From assembly GCA_051294905.1 (NCBI GenBank), contig CM119371.1, forward strand, positions 25,546,001 through 25,610,000: a stretch of DNA of 64,000 nucleotides. The letters run 5' to 3'. This DNA is from Botryllus schlosseri. Taxonomy: Eukaryota. This document shows, piece after piece, positions 61,537 through 64,000 of the stretch. Position 1 is the first letter of the stretch; each line of letters begins with the position of its first letter. The translations under genes and the position numbers were made by a program. Under the pieces are notes generated by a model, which made no database searches, was not told the DNA's origin, and was given only the letters and a program-made list of their open reading frames with translations.

Positions 61537-63888
61537 CAGGGGTGGGCAATTATTTTCCTCCGCGGGCCAAATGAGAAAAATAAATACGTTGGCGGGCCGA
61601 ATGAAAAGTTTTAGCTATATTCTATAGCGTTTTTTAATTTTATTTCCGAATTACATTGTTACTAATGAATGCGGCTCAGTAGATGTTTTGATATTAGGTA
61701 ATGAGAAAGTGACGGTTAATTAAAAAATATCTATTTGCTGGAAAGGATTCGAAACAACATTTTAGCTCTCTTCCACGTTCTTCTATTAAGACTCTAAAAC
61801 AGTGGTTCTCAAACATTTTTGGGCACGCCTCCCTTCCGGTTGGTGAAGAATTCCGCGACCCCTTATCAAGATATCACAAAATATTAAAAGGGCAACTAGA
61901 ATGTTGGCAATCCCAACGGATAGTTAGATGGCATGAAAGATTATGGCTGTTAAGGAGAGAACTGTGACGTATCATAGTCGGACAATACACAGAGCAGCAA
62001 CTACAAGCTGAGGGTATATCGCGCGGAGCGCGAAAAAATATTTGTGCAACCCTTCTGATGCTTTCACGTCCCCCAGTTCGAGAACCACTGCACTAAAATG
62101 TATATGCAACAGTGTTGGGACGACTCGAGTCATGACTTGACTCGAGTCAGACTCGAGTCACCTTTTTCGTATGACTTGACTTGACTCGAGTCACTTTGCT
62201 AAAATGACTTGACTTGACTTGACTCGGCGTATAAAAATTGTGGATTGACTCGTGACTCGGAGCAAAATTCACGAGTCAATTTCAAGTCATCAAGTAATCG
62301 GTGTCGATAAAAATCCCTGTATCTTGCATATGGTCGGACTGTTCGCTAAATGCTGGTGTAACCCGTGACAGCGACCAATCTTTCATTGATCGTGCGCTTT
62401 GCTGAACCTCCATTGTTCTCTCACAAATAAATTGACCGCAAACGAAGTGATTGAATTTTACAGATTACGTTGTCGTAAACTAGTACAGTAGAGTAATTTA
62501 ATAACAAAATGTCTATTTCTGTTCTCTGTTCTTTCCCTAACCAAACCTCATGTTTTATTGAAATTGAATTCAACTATAGTTAATACAGTCCTCATCCATT
62601 AACGTAGGCTTGAATAGTATCATATCAATTTGTAAATGATAATGTATTGCATCTTATCAATTCGTTTCTCTATTCTCTATTTTGGCTGGTAGCTATAAAC
62701 TGAGGCTGTGTAATTACTTACGTAGTTTAGCAGTTCTACGTATATGTCAGCGATACAGCACCTTATTGGGTGTATATTTAACTCTATATTCGCTCATTGG
62801 TTCAGAATCAATGACCACCCAATCTGTATTTCAAGCAGATAGCAAAATGCAATGACGTAATCATGCCACATACTTCAAAAAGACAACTTGACTTGAATTG
62901 TGACTTGACTCGTGACTTGACTTGACTTGACTTGACTCGACTTGACTCGACTTGACTCGACTTGACTCGACTTGACTCGACTTGACTCGACTTGACTCGA
63001 CTTGACTCGACTTGACTCGACTTGACTCGACTTGACTCGAGTCACCTCCAAAAATTGAGTGACTTGACTTGACTCGATTCACTTCCGAAAATCGATTGAC
63101 TTGACTTGACTCGAGTCAAAATCTGCAATGACTCGAGATGACTCGTGATTCGAAGGTAGTGACTTGATCCCAACACTGATATGCAATAGTATAAAGCTTA
63201 TTTTCTTGGTCTCTGCCTTCCGAGGAGTGTGCAGCTTAAATATAGCCTTTATATTGAGCGAAGCTTTTAGTTTTTCTGAACTTCGCCCTCCCTTGACCGA
63301 GTGCTTCGTGGTTTTGTCATAATACTGACTCAGGTATGCGACTATTTAGTGCTCTAAATCCTAAACCTAACTGCCGAAGTCTGTAAACCTCGATTGGTCG
63401 TATCGTACCTTCTTTGAGTTTTAGTTTTCGGCTTTCTTTTTTTGGCATGCCCGTTAATCATTTATGCGTGATAGATATGATAGATAGTAATATAGATAGT
63501 AATCGCGAGCACTGATTGACTTGTTTTACGAATTAGGGATTTGTTGACCACATTTGAACCACATACCGTATAATGCGTAATGTGACAATGGCATCAAGGA
63601 AGGTTTGAACTAAACTATATGGAAAAAGTGATTTCTTGTGACTTAAATTGCTGCTCATCCTTTGCCACATTGCCTTTATTTTAAATCTGGATTACGCATG
63701 CCAAGTATGTAGGCAGCGTAATCGTGGCATATTAATGAACAGGCTTCAAAGTAAACGAATTTCCTGTTCATTTGATACAGCCTATGGTTTTAGTCATTCA
63801 AACAGCAAACGTTATGTTTTGAATTCCAAGCAACCTTTCGCGGGCCGCACAGAACATAGCTTCGCGGGCCGCACTTTGCCCAGGTCTG
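61537..63888. mobile_element. hAT Buster/Charlie-type element with nested MITEs at 61800-62090 and 62110-63178
   Basis: Outer TSD CATTAGGC; nested TSDs C(T/A)CTAAAA and ATATGCAA. Confidence 0.9.
62910..63042. repeat. (GACTTGACTC)n expansion within a MITE subterminal region
   Basis: About 11 perfect 10-bp units. Confidence 0.95.
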
Positions 63889-64000
63889 CATTAGGCTCAC
63901 CATCAAATGCAACAGTTTCAACGTATTATACTCAGCTATATGTTCAGAGAAAATGATCATCAGGGGTTGTCATTAATGACTTTTTGAAGTACTCAAGTAG

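Overview
AT-rich, transposon-dense eukaryotic (metazoan, plausibly tunicate; taxon is an inference) genomic DNA. The backbone is a minus-strand multi-exon gene that the ORF track largely misses. Ten small exons between 61337 and 8999 splice in frame (1137 nt) into tandem copies of a ~75-aa two-exon module: a 5-Cys LDL-receptor class A (LDLa) half plus a DGSDE-Y...LCR...LCILP...LC half. One module was added by a 4.7-kb tandem duplication (18832-28268). The introns hold deeply nested transposons: a 9.8-kb Polinton/Maverick-like element with ~3.5-kb terminal inverted repeats (TIRs) and no recognisable genes; a PIF/Harbinger element (intact 357-aa transposase plus frameshifted Myb/SANT partner); a P-like THAP element with a second convergent ORF; a degenerate Ty3/Gypsy gag-pol; two Penelope fragments, one carrying minimal hammerhead ribozymes; an RLE-LINE 3' end; tRNA-derived SINEs; and more than 20 hAT-type MITEs with 8-bp target-site duplications (TSDs). 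Both ends of the host gene lie outside what could be resolved. All family assignments come from motif recognition by eye, not from database searches.
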